Below, one piece after another: positions 41,777 to 52,498 of a DNA stretch of 64,000 nt. The notes below the pieces were generated by a model. That model searched no databases. It was not told where the DNA came from and was given only the letters and a program-made list of their open reading frames with translations. Made by a program: the position numbers and the translations under genes. The stretch lies in contig CAVOXA010000014.1 of NCBI GenBank assembly GCA_963700285.1, positions 448,001-512,000 of the forward strand, in the 5' to 3' direction. The stretch's first letter is position 1, and every line of letters begins with the position of its first letter. The stretch comes from an uncultured Chloroflexia bacterium. Lineage in GTDB: Bacteria > Chloroflexota > Anaerolineae > JAAYZQ01.

Positions 41777-41833
41777 GTTGGGCGAGGTCTCTGTCCAAGA
41801 CCCAGCAGCTGCGGTCTGGAGACCTTGCCAAAC
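41777..41833. repeat. Imperfect 15-bp inverted repeat after the ABC operon
   Basis: GTTGGGCGAGGTCTC ... GAGACCTTGCCAAAC. Confidence 0.5.
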
Positions 41834-41955
41834 TCGAGGCTGCGGTGTGGTGGCCTTGCCGGACTCGAGAACTTGAGCTGGATCAGTGTTCCTGCGAATT
41901 CTGTGATCGGGGAGGCGGCCTTCCGTCTCCCCGATTGCTGAGGGTTTCCCGCCGA

Positions 41956-42483
41956 TTGGCACATCAGAGGCGTAACTCTTTCGACTGGGCCTTCTGGTTC
42001 CTGTGGATCATGGCCACTGCCTGGGGTTGGATCCTTGGCAGCTTTTTTGCACCGGGCGTGTCCTTGGTGGCTACAGGCATCGCGACAGGCGTACTGCAGT
42101 GGCTGGTCTTGAAGCAGCGCGTTCCCAGAGCGTACCGGTGGATCCCGGCCACTGCCATCGGTTGGACTCTTGGCGGGGTGCTGGCCTCCTTCGTGCTTCC
42201 AGCGGAACTGGATTTCCTGAGCGCGTTTCTGCTCGGGATCACCACAGGCATGGCGCAATGGGTGATCCTGAGGCAAGAGATCCAGTGGGCAGGCTGGTGG
42301 CCAGTGGTCAACGCCGTCGCCTGGATGACGGGCATGACACTGTTCCCCGCCCCCCTACTTGTAGGGGTCATGCCTGGGGCCATGACCGGCATCGCCCTGG
42401 AGTTGCTGCTACGTTACGCCCGACGCGCCAAACTCGGGCCCGATTCTGACTTGCCGGTACAAAGTCCAGACTTGTCCGATTGA
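41956..42483 (+). CDS. Hypothetical multi-pass membrane protein (start uncertain)
   Basis: Repeated W..AT..GW and G..QW.VLR hydrophobic units. Confidence 0.7.
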   Translation: MAHQRRNSFDWAFWFLWIMATAWGWILGSFFAPGVSLVATGIATGVLQWLVLKQRVPRAYRWIPATAIGWTLGGVLASFVLPAELDFLSAFLLGITTGMAQWVILRQEIQWAGWWPVVNAVAWMTGMTLFPAPLLVGVMPGAMTGIALELLLRYARRAKLGPDSDLPVQSPDLSD

Positions 42484-42582
42484 CGCCATGTCAGGTATCA
42501 CCGCAAGTCGGGGGCTCGTGGCGTAGCGGAGATGGTGTTTCACCGAACACCCTGCACACATGGCATCAGGAGGTTGGCCTAC

Positions 42583-43687
42583 ATGCACGATACAAACCTT
42601 GTCCCCGTTGACGTCATGTATCGCTTCATTACTGACGTCTTTGAGGCAGTGGGAACGCCGCCGGAGGATGCCCGAATCTGCGCCGAGGTTCTTATCGCCT
42701 CTGATCTACGGGGAATCGAGTCGCACGGTATAGGACGCCTCAAGTACTACTACGACCGCATCCAGGCTGGCCAACACCGCACGCAGACCGAGATTGAGGT
42801 CATCAAGGATACAGAGACCACGGCGGTTATGGATGGGCAGCATGGCATGGGCCATGTCATCGCCTACCGGGCCATGCGGCTGGCCATGGACAAAGGCCAA
42901 GGAGTATGGGCTGGGCGCGGTTGCTGTGCGCAACAGCACCCACTTTGGCATTGCCGGCTACTACCCTCTCATGGCAGCAAAAGAGGGCATGATTGGCCTT
43001 CGTGTCACCAATGCCCGGCCTTCCATCGCCCCCACTTTTGGCGCTGAACCGATGCTGGGCACCAACCCCATCGCCTTTGCCGCCCCCTCGGACATGGACT
43101 ATCCCTTTGCCTATGATGGCGCGACTTCGATTGCACAGCGAGGCAAGATCGAGGTCGCCGCTCGCGCCGAGAAGCCTGTGCCCGCGGGTTGGGTCATTGA
43201 CAACCAGGGCCAGTCGCTTACCGACCCAGACAAGATCCTAGAGGATTTTGGCAAGGCCCGGGCTGCACTTCTGCCCCTGGGCGGTGCGGGAGAGTTGCTT
43301 GCCGGATACAAGGGCTACAGCCTGGCTACCATCGTAGAGATCCTCTCCGCCTCTTTGTCTGGCGGCAAGTTCATGAAGGACCTGGTAGGTTTTGCCAACG
43401 ACGGCTCCAAGCAGCCATTCATGCTGGGGCACTTTTTTCTCGCCATTGACATCGAGCATTTCATTCCGCTGGAGCTATCAAAGCAGATCACGGGTCAGAT
43501 CATGCGCAACCTACAGACGGCCCAGAGAATTCCCGGCCAGGACCGGATCTATGTCGCCGGCGAAAAGGAACACGAGAATGAAGCACTGATCCGAGAGCAG
43601 GGGATTCCCGTGAACCGCAATCTGCGCCTCGAGCTACAGACCATGCGCGATGAACTGGGAATCTCGGGCTTTGAAGACTACTTCTAG
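42583..43687 (+). CDS. Type-2 malate/L-lactate dehydrogenase (Ldh/ComC) family oxidoreductase (indel near 42893)
   Basis: DLRGIESHG, NSTHFGIAGYY, GTNPIAF, LPLGG ... YKGYSL. Confidence 0.88.
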
Positions 43688-43804
43688 CTGGCTTCCTGGG
43701 CCCTGAGGCAATCACCACCAGTCCCAAGGAATGATGAGAAGATTAGGCTGGTGCAGAGTTTGTGGCCACAGACCTGCCGAGGCCATGCACCAAGGAGGAC
43801 AACT

Positions 43805-44095
43805 ATGGCGAGCTTGACCCATGACGAAGTAATGACGAAGCTGGGCTCCCTGCCAGGGTGGGAGCTCCAGGAGAATGCGCTGGTGAAGACCTTTAAGGTA
43901 CCATCGTTCTCCCATGGCGTTGTCCTGATGGGCGCCGTTGCCCAGGTGGCTGAGGCCGCCGACCATCACCCAGATCTCAATCTACACGGCTATAACCAAC
44001 TTACGGTCACGCTGTCGACGCACAGCGAGGGAGGGGTAACCATGCAGGACATCCACCTGGCTGAACAGATCGAGACCATCCCGCAGAGAATCTAG
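43805..44095 (+). CDS. Pterin-4a-carbinolamine dehydratase family protein
   Basis: AEAADHHPDL, LSTHSEGGVT; AGGAGG RBS. Confidence 0.9.
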   Translation: MASLTHDEVMTKLGSLPGWELQENALVKTFKVPSFSHGVVLMGAVAQVAEAADHHPDLNLHGYNQLTVTLSTHSEGGVTMQDIHLAEQIETIPQRI

Positions 44096-44097
44096 CC

Positions 44098-45319
44098 ATG
44101 GCCAACAATGGGAGCATGAACCGGGTGCCAAAGGTACGATTGGGATCCTGACAGGCGGAGGAGATGTCCCCGGACTTAACCCTGCAATCCGAGCCGTTAC
44201 GATTCGAGCGCGGAGAGAGGGCTACCGGGTCATTGGCCTGCGGCGTGGATGGGCCGGCATCATCGAGATCGTGCGCGACAAGGAGGCCGACAACTCGGAG
44301 AACTATGTTGAACTCACGGAAGAGATCGTGAACAGAGTCGTGAGGACCGGTGGCACCTTTCTGCGTACGTCAGCCGCACGCGACCCAGCCACGTGCCCAG
44401 GACAGGCGGTGCCTGAGCATCTGCGTGACACGTATGGCGACGAGATGAACGATCTGACGCCAGAGGTCCTCAAGAACCTACGACTTTCTGGGGATAGACT
44501 ACCTGATTCCTATTGGAGGCGACGACACACTGAGCTACGCCGTCCATCTTTACCAGGAGGGGGTCAAAGTCGTCGGCATCCCCAAGACCATGGACAACGA
44601 TGTTCCCGGGACCGACTATTGCATCGGCTTTAGTACCTGCGTTACGCGGACCATCGACATGATCGATATTCTGCGCACCATCGCCGCCTCCAGTGAGCGA
44701 TTTCCTCGTACTCGAGGTCTTTGGCCGCTACGCCGGCTTTTCGGCCATGCTGCCGACGATGGCCGGGGCAGCCAACCGCTGCGTGATTCCCGAGTACGAG
44801 TTCAGTTTGGACCTGCTGACTGAACTTCTGTGCCACGATCGGAGCAGAAATCCCAGACAACTATGCCACCGTGCTGGTCTCGGAAGGCGCCATGTGCGAA
44901 GGTGGCGAGATGATCTTTCAGGATCACGGCGACCGACGCCTACGGCCATGCCAAGTTGGGCGGCATCGGAGATCTCGTCTCCGCCAAGCTCAACGAGATC
45001 TCGCCAAAGTACAACGGCGGTAAGCCGGTCGGCACACTCACCCAGAGGCTGAGCTACCTGGTGCGCGGCGGCAACCCCGACGCCATCGACTCCATCGTGC
45101 CCATGGCCTACGGCAACCTGGCCCTCGATCTGGTACTGCAGGGAATCCATGGCCGCCTCGTGGTCCTCAGAAACGGGCGCTACGACAACGTGCCGATTGA
45201 CGTGGTGACGAGCTTCAAAAAAGCTGGTCGATGTGGAAAAGCACTATAACACCGAACGGCTACGACCACACTACAAAAAGTTCGCAATGCAGCCTTTGTT
45301 CATCATGACAGGTGACTAG
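44098..45319 (+). CDS. 6-phosphofructokinase, PfkA family, with PPi-type signature (multiple indels)
   Basis: [49 protein letters not shown]. Confidence 0.85.
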
Positions 45320-45320
45320 G

Positions 45321-46858
45321 ATGAGGATCGCTTTCCTGAATCCACAGGGCAACTTTGATCCCCATGACAGCTACTGGACCGAACATCCAGATTTTGGCGG
45401 ACAGCTCGTTTATGTCAAAGAGGTAGCCCTGGCGCTGGGCCGGATGGGCCACCAGGTGGACATCCTCACCCGTCGCATTCTAGACCCAGCGTGGCTTGGG
45501 CTTTGAGGGCACGCTGGACGCCTATCCAGGCGAGCCCAACGTGCGCATCGTACGCCTGCCCTGTGGCGGCGACGGTTTCCTGCGCAAAGAGGACCTGTGG
45601 CCCTGACCTGGGACCAGAGTGGGTACCCAACATCAGTGCACTTCTATTCATCCGAGGGGCAGCAGCCAGATGTCGCGACCACTCACTATGGCGACGGAGG
45701 CCTGGCCGGGGCTCTGTGGCAAGCTGATCGGCGGCCCGCCATACACCTTCACGGGGCATTCGCTGGGCGCCCAGAAGCTGGACCGTCTGCTGGCCAAACC
45801 AGGCAGCATCACTGAACAATCTGGACGCGCACTATCACTTTTCCCAGACGCATCACGGCCGAGCGGGTGGCCATGAATCACGCAGCGCGGATCATCACCA
45901 GTACGCAGACAGGAGCGACTGGAGCAGTACGGCCACGCGGCCTACCACGGCGCGGTGGACCCTGCCAGCGATGCCAAGTTCGCCGTCGTGCCTCCCGGGC
46001 GTCAACCTGAGCATCTTTGATGCCGGCGCTACTGGGACCCGATGACGAGCGGATCGCCGCGCTACATGGAGGAGGTGCTGGCCCGGGACATTGCGCTGGA
46101 CCGGCGCGACCTGCCGGCCGTGCTCTGCTCCAGCCGCCTGGATCCCAAAGAAGAACCACATCGGGCTGGTGCGCGCCTTTGCCCAGCAGCGCTAGCACTG
46201 CAGGCCGCGGCCAACTCTGCTCATCGTCGTCCGCGGCGCTGAGGACATCCACAGCCGCGAGGGACTGACTGCCACAGAGCGCGCCGTTCTGGACGAGGTG
46301 GTCGCCGTGTGCGAAGCCCACGACCTGTGGGGCAAGGTGAGCGCCTTCTCGCTGGCCAGCCAGAATGAGCTTGCCGCCGCCTACCGGCACCTGAGCGCTC
46401 GCCGCTCCGTCTTTGCGCTGACAGCCCTATACGAGCCCTTTGGCCTGGCCCCACTGGAGGCCATGGCTGCCGGGCTGCCCGCCGCAGTCACACGCAATGG
46501 TGGACCCAGCGAGAGCCTGTACGATGAGGAAACAGGTCGTGAGTTCGGGGTACTGGTCGATCCGGCCGATCCTGCGGACATTGCTACTGGGCTGCTGCGG
46601 CTGGTGGGACCGGAAAACGAGTGGGACTCATTCCAGAATGCTGGCCGGGAGCGTGTTCTCACCTGCTACACCTGGGACAGGACCGCAGCAGGGTACATGT
46701 CCGTTCTCGAAGACATCCTGATCGACCAGCCCGCGGTGAGGGTATCCTACAAGGAGCAGGGTCAACGACTGCCGATCCCGCCTTACTTTTGGGATCCCTG
46801 CTCCGAAATCGATCTGAAAACCGATTGCCTTGCCGCATTCAGGCCGACCGGGACATAG
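45321..46858 (+). CDS. sps: Sucrose-phosphate synthase, GT4 domain only (multiple indels)
   Basis: MRIAFLNPQGNFDPHDSYWTEHPDFGGQLVYVKEVALAL matches my recollection of Halothermothrix orenii-type SPS; also THYGDGG, TGHSLGAQK, SSRLDPKK, YEPFGLAPLEAMA. Confidence 0.78.
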
Positions 46859-46871
46859 CTTCACAGCAAGG

Positions 46872-48987
46872 ATGTATCGCATGCCAGACTTGGTACTGCC
46901 ACGGGTCCATCGAGAGTTCGAGGACCTCTGGGAACGACAGAAAGAGTCGTTGATTGACGCCTATGCCACCGGCAGAAGCTCATTCGTGCCATACCTGCTG
47001 CCAGAACAGGCCGTGCAGCTGACGGCCACAGACACCATGGGGATCCTTCGCCGCAGGTTGGGGAACAAGCTAGACCTAGCTCTGCGATGCTCGGAAGCTG
47101 GCGATGGCACGCTGGGACGACAAGGATCTCTCGCGAGCCCTGTAGCCAGCGAAGCGGATAACGGATGGCTAAAGTCAAGCAATCTGGTAGGCATCAATGT
47201 CCGGACCGTTGGCAGCTTCTGGAACGTCGTGAAGTATGCTCTAACGATCTCGGACGCTCAGGATGCTATACACCTGCTTCCTATCTGGGAGCCTGGCGTG
47301 GTCGGTAGCCTATACGGGATGAGCAGTTGGCAGATCAACGACGAATTCTACAGCCAAGAGCTCGCCCAGGCGTGTCCGGAGCTGGATAGCGTCGAACGAC
47401 AATTGGAAGTAGCGATCAACCTGCTCCATGCGATGGGCAAAGCGGTCGGTATGGACGTGATCCCGCACACCGATCGCTTTTCAGAGATCGTGTTGGCCTC
47501 TCCGCAGTACTTTGAATGGCTGCAGCGGGAAAGCACCGAGATCGTGGACCATTCCGAGAATCTGCACGAACGGGTCCAGGACTGCATCATGCGCTTTCTG
47601 GCAGAAGAGGGCACTCCTGTTCCGAGGGAGGACTATCCCGCTTCCCGGGAGGCCTTTTTCTCCCAGGGTTTTTCCGAAGAGAAGCGCTGCGGCGTCCTTT
47701 TTGGACTGCGCCAAGACCGGGCAGGTCGCGCCGAACGCCGGAATCAATTGGTCAAGCACCTGCACGTCTTACGGGCTCTGAGACGGTACCGGCCACGATG
47801 GCACCGCCCTTCCGCAGACTGGGGATCGACACAGAGAGCGAATACGTTGATAGCCAGGGAAATGTGTGGTATGACTATTCGATCACAGAGCCCCAGCCCA
47901 TGTCCCGCGTCTTCAATCCCCTGACACGGTACAAGCTGTATGGCAGGCTGAAGGACAACACCGATTGGGACATCGATTTTGACAATCCCCGCCGTGAGGT
48001 GTGGCGCTACGTTCTAGAAAAGTACGCTGACGTTCAGCAGCGCTATGGTTTCGATTTCATGCGCGGTGATATGTCCCACGTCCAGATGCGACCGGACGGA
48101 GTTCCCAGAGCCATAGACGAATTCTATGACATCCAGAGAGCGGTAAAGATCCATATCCAGAGAGACAAGGGGGTCCGCCATTTCAGCTATTTTGCCGAAA
48201 CCTTCCTGGCCCCCCGAAATATCATGGTCTATGGCGATGAAGTCGACCACCTGGAAGCTTCAGATGCAGATACTACGCTGGGAGACCTTCAGTCGACGTG
48301 CGTCGGGTCTCCCGAGTTTCTCCAGAAACTCCGGCAATACTGTGATCTGCGGAAACGAGGAGTTTTGCGCCCAGCTTCACAGTCAACACCAGCGACAAGG
48401 ACGATCCCCGCTTTGACAGGTTCTACCTCCGGGGCAGTGTGCTGCGGTTGTTCATCGCCCTGTTTCTGACCGACATGCCCAGCTACATGGCCCTGGGCTT
48501 TGAGACGAGAGACATGCATCACAAGCCTGCCCCAAACGAGCACTATTCCAAGCTCTACGTTTTTCAGGAGAGCACCGGTCCCAAAGCTACTAGAGGGCCC
48601 TACGTCTGGGGCAGGAACGGCGCACTCTTTCGGGGTGTCAGCCGATTGAGGCACTACGCAGATGCCATCTACTCCCAGATCAGAGGATGCCCGACGCGAT
48701 GGCTGATCCATCCGGATGCCACAGGCGCACAGAAGCACATTGCCTGGACGCAGAGAGATCGCAGACCTGATTACGTCTTTGTGGCCAATACCGACACGGA
48801 GCACGACGTGCGCAATTTCAACATCCCGCGCATCCCTGACCTAGTACAGGAGAAGCTACTGGAACTTGACTTTTCAACGGCAGAACACGTGACAGAAGTG
48901 GATCGGATCCTGGAATATGAGGGCAAGGGCTACAAGGTCACAGAGTTGGCTGCCGGAGAAGGTCGCGTCTACCGAGTGCAGTATTAA
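46872..48987 (+). CDS. Uncharacterised ~700-aa GH13/clan GH-H-like protein (indels near 47770 and 48355)
   Basis: HLLPIWEPG, MDVIPH, GFDFMRGDMSH, YFAETF, SDKDD in alpha-amylase order. Confidence 0.65.
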
Positions 48988-49040
48988 ACCTTGACGGTAG
49001 CGGGCTAAAGCGGCGGCTCAGAAGCCGAGGGAGTGAGGCA

Positions 49041-50022
49041 GTGACTAGGATACCAGAAGGCGATCTGGACGTACTGACCATCGGTGAAACTCTGGTCGAC
49101 TTTATCTCTGTTGAGGAGACCGACTGGCTGCGCAACGCCTATACCTTCCGCAAGTACCAGGGAGGCTCACCGGCCAACATTGCGGTCTATGTGGCCAAGC
49201 TGGGCGGCCAATCGGCCATCATCTCCAAGACTGGCATCGGGGCCATGGGCCAGTTTCTCAAGGCCGAGCTGGGACGGGCTGGGGTGACGTGCGACTATCT
49301 GGTGATGGATCATCGGGTCCACAGCAGCGTCATCTTTGTGTCGCGCACGGCGCGTACCGCCGATTTTGAAGCCTTTCGGAGCGGCGACTTCCAACTGGAG
49401 CCGCAGGAGATCAAAGAAGAGGCAATCATGCGCGCTAAGAGTCGTCCACGCATCGACGTGGGCCCTGTCGCGGGAACCGTGCCGCTCGGCGGTCGAGAGC
49501 GCCTTCAGGCTGGCACAGAGTCAGGGCAAGATCATCTCTCTTGATCCCAACTACAGCCCGCAGATCTGGCCGGACTATCGCGAAGCGACGAACGTGATCC
49601 CCCGATTCTTACGCTACGCCACCATAACCAAACCCTCGCTGGACGATGCAGCCCGCCTGTTTGGGCGGGATCGATCGCCAGAAGAGTACATCGAGCGCTT
49701 TCACGAGATGGGCCCCAAGATCGTCGTTTTCACCATGGGCAGCGAAGGAGTGCTCCTCTCCGAGGAGGGCACTCTGATGCACATCCCTGCCAGACCAATC
49801 AAGGTAGTGGATGCCACGGGTGCTGGCGACTCTTTCTGGGCTGGATTCCTGGTGGCACTCCTCGACGGAAACCCACTGCAACGCTGTGTACTATTTGCTC
49901 GAGAGATCGTGGAACGGAAGCTCACTACGGTTGGCCCCTTACCCGACAGCCTAGACCGCAAGCGAATCTACGGTGTGCTTGATGAAGAACCGGGCCACTC
50001 AGCAGAGGATGCGCAGTCGTGA
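49041..50022 (+). CDS. PfkB-family carbohydrate kinase, fructokinase-like (indel near 49440)
   Basis: IGETLVDF, GGSPANIA, LDPN, DATGAGDSF. Confidence 0.88.
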
Positions 50023-50679
50023 TTGGCGACAAACTGATCATTGAGCAATACCATACCGAGCGGGCCGTCGAGATCTGCGACGTGTTGGCCGACCGCCTCA
50101 GAGCGCGGAGGAAGTGGGCCATCAGTGTCGCTGGCGAGTCAGGCGCAGGCAAGTCAGAACTCGCCTACGAGATCTACCGGCTTCTGAACGAGTCCGGCAT
50201 CAGGGCCGGCGTGCTGCAACAGGACGACTATTTTGTCTTTCCGCCCAGGACCAACCACGAGATGCGCCGTCGGAACCTGGAGCAGGTTGGCCCTATTCGA
50301 GGTCAAGCTCGACTTTCTCGACTCGAACCTGCGGTCCTTCAAGCGCGGGGAGAGCCCAATCTACAAACCTCTGGTCATCTATGACGAGGATCGCATCACA
50401 ACGGAGGAGATGGACGTCGGTGACCTGGCCGTGCTCATCGCCGAGGGAACCTACACCTCCCTGCTCCAGTTTGCCGACTTTCGGGTCTTTATCGACCGAG
50501 ACTATCGCCAGACACTTGAGGCTCGAAAACGCCGTGCCAGAGACAAATTCGAGCCTTTGTCGTGGATGTGCTGGAGCGCGAGCACCAGATCATCTGCCAA
50601 CACAAGGCATTGGCGGACGTGGTTGTCTCCTCCGATTTTCGCAGCATCAAGCCCCGAAGGGAAAGTCAATGACAACTGA
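50019..50679 (+). CDS. Uridine-kinase-like P-loop kinase (indels)
   Basis: [25 protein letters not shown]. Confidence 0.72.
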
Positions 50680-52297
50680 TTGGTACAAAGACGCCGTTTT
50701 CTACGAAGTCTTTGTCCGTGCTTTTTCCGACGCCAATGGCGATGGCATTGGCGATCTGGCAGGCTTGACGTCCAAGCTCGACTACCTGCAGGATCTGGGC
50801 GTCGATTGCATCTGGCTGCTGCCCATCTATCCCTCTCCACTGCGGGATGACGGCTACGACGTGGCCGATTTTTGCAGGATCCATCCCGACTATGGCACCG
50901 TGGACGATTTGGGCACTCTAGTGATCGAAGCCCACCGGCGCGGGCTGCGGGTCATCGCCGACATGATCCCCAACCACACCTCGGACCAGAATCACTGGTT
51001 TCAGGCATCGCGCGATCCGGCCCATCCTGAGCACGACAAATACCGAGACTGGTACGTCTGGAGCCCCACCGACCAGCGCTACCAGGAGGCACGCATCATC
51101 TTTCTCGACTATGAAAAGTCCAACTGGACCTGGGATCCAGTTCGGGGTGAGTACTACTGGCACCGGTTCTTTCACCACCAGCCCGACCTGAATTATGACA
51201 ACCCTGCGGTCCAGCAGGAGATGCTGGACGTCTTCCGTTTCTGGCTGGACCAAGGGGTCGATGGCTTTCGCGTGGACGCCGTGCCCTACCTCTATGAGCG
51301 GGAAGGAACCAACTGCGAGAACCTGCCTGAAACCCACGTCTATCTGAAGCGGCTGCGCGCCTTTGTGGACGAGTATGCCCCGGGCACCCTGCTGCTTTCT
51401 GAAGCCAACCAGTGGCCGGAGGATGTGCGCCCCTATCTGGGGGATGGCGACGAGTTCCACATGAACTTTCATTTCCCCCTCATGCCGCGCGTTTACATGG
51501 CCCTGGCGCAAGCTGACCGGCGGCCTATCTTGGAGATTCTTGACCGCACCCCGCCCATTCCAGAGTCGTGCCAATGGGCCACATTTCTGCGCAATCACGA
51601 CGAACTGACGCTGGAGATGGTTACGGACGAGGAACGCCGGTTCATGTGGGACTTTTATGCGCCTGAGCCACGCATGCGGCTCAACCTGGGCATCCGCCGT
51701 CGGCTGGCCCCGCTGCTGGAGAACGACCGAGCCCGGATCGAGCTGGCCAACTCGCTGCTGTTCACCCTACCGGGATCGCCTGTCGTATACTACGGCGATG
51801 AGATCGGCATGGGGGACGATATCTGGTTAGACGACCGTGACGGCGTGCGCACGCCGATGCAATGGTCAGACTCGCTTAACGCAGGATTTTCGACCGCAGA
51901 TTCAGCCAGTCTCTACACGCCAGTCCTTGACGGTCCGATGTATGGCTATCAGCACGTCAACGTGGAATCCCAGCATACGGACCCTCGCTCCCTACTGAAC
52001 TGGATACGAAATACGATCGCCGTCCGCAAAACCCATCCGACCCTCAGTCGAGGCGGGGTTCGCTTCCTGGAACCGGCTGACCCTGCCATCTTGGCCTACC
52101 TGCGCAGCTACGAGGATGAGTCCATCCTGGTCGTCAGCAACCTATCTACAGATTTCCAAGTCACCATGCTGGAGCTTGGTGCACTGGCAGGCGTCCGGCC
52201 AGTCGACCTGTTCACCGGGGAGAGATTGCCGCCAATTGACGCAGCACCCTATCGATTGGAACTGGATGGCTACCAGTTTCGCTGGCTGAGGTGCTAG
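50669..52297 (+). CDS. treS: Trehalose synthase (maltose alpha-D-glucosyltransferase)
   Basis: [54 protein letters not shown]. Confidence 0.92.
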   Translation: MTTDWYKDAVFYEVFVRAFSDANGDGIGDLAGLTSKLDYLQDLGVDCIWLLPIYPSPLRDDGYDVADFCRIHPDYGTVDDLGTLVIEAHRRGLRVIADMIPNHTSDQNHWFQASRDPAHPEHDKYRDWYVWSPTDQRYQEARIIFLDYEKSNWTWDPVRGEYYWHRFFHHQPDLNYDNPAVQQEMLDVFRFWLDQGVDGFRVDAVPYLYEREGTNCENLPETHVYLKRLRAFVDEYAPGTLLLSEANQWPEDVRPYLGDGDEFHMNFHFPLMPRVYMALAQADRRPILEILDRTPPIPESCQWATFLRNHDELTLEMVTDEERRFMWDFYAPEPRMRLNLGIRRRLAPLLENDRARIELANSLLFTLPGSPVVYYGDEIGMGDDIWLDDRDGVRTPMQWSDSLNAGFSTADSASLYTPVLDGPMYGYQHVNVESQHTDPRSLLNWIRNTIAVRKTHPTLSRGGVRFLEPADPAILAYLRSYEDESILVVSNLSTDFQVTMLELGALAGVRPVDLFTGERLPPIDAAPYRLELDGYQFRWLRC

Positions 52298-52389
52298 CCA
52301 GGATAGATAGCGCATAGGCCGGCAGCCTCTGATAACCGCTCCGCGCGGAACACAGCCCACGCGGGGTGTCAGGCCTCCACTACCAAAGT

Positions 52390-52427
52390 CTAACGAAACG
52401 CTAACATTCGTCTAATCCCATTCTAAC
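52390..52427 (+). promoter_or_regulatory. Four CTAA(C/T) direct repeats at exact 11-bp period upstream of dnaK
   Basis: CTAAC 52390, CTAAC 52401, CTAAT 52412, CTAAC 52423. Confidence 0.65.
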
Positions 52428-52498
52428 ACTATGCCTGTATCCTGTGGTCAAAGTTCGGAATTCAGGTCATTGAACACAGGATGGAGGGAATAGACAAC

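Noticed and set aside
43805-44095. Aromatic amino acid hydroxylase system
   Set aside because: No hydroxylase gene is nearby, and stand-alone PCD-family genes are common
50114-50668. 727-aa TreS with a long N-terminal extension
   Set aside because: The extension is the off-frame reading of the upstream P-loop kinase gene; TreS starts at 50669
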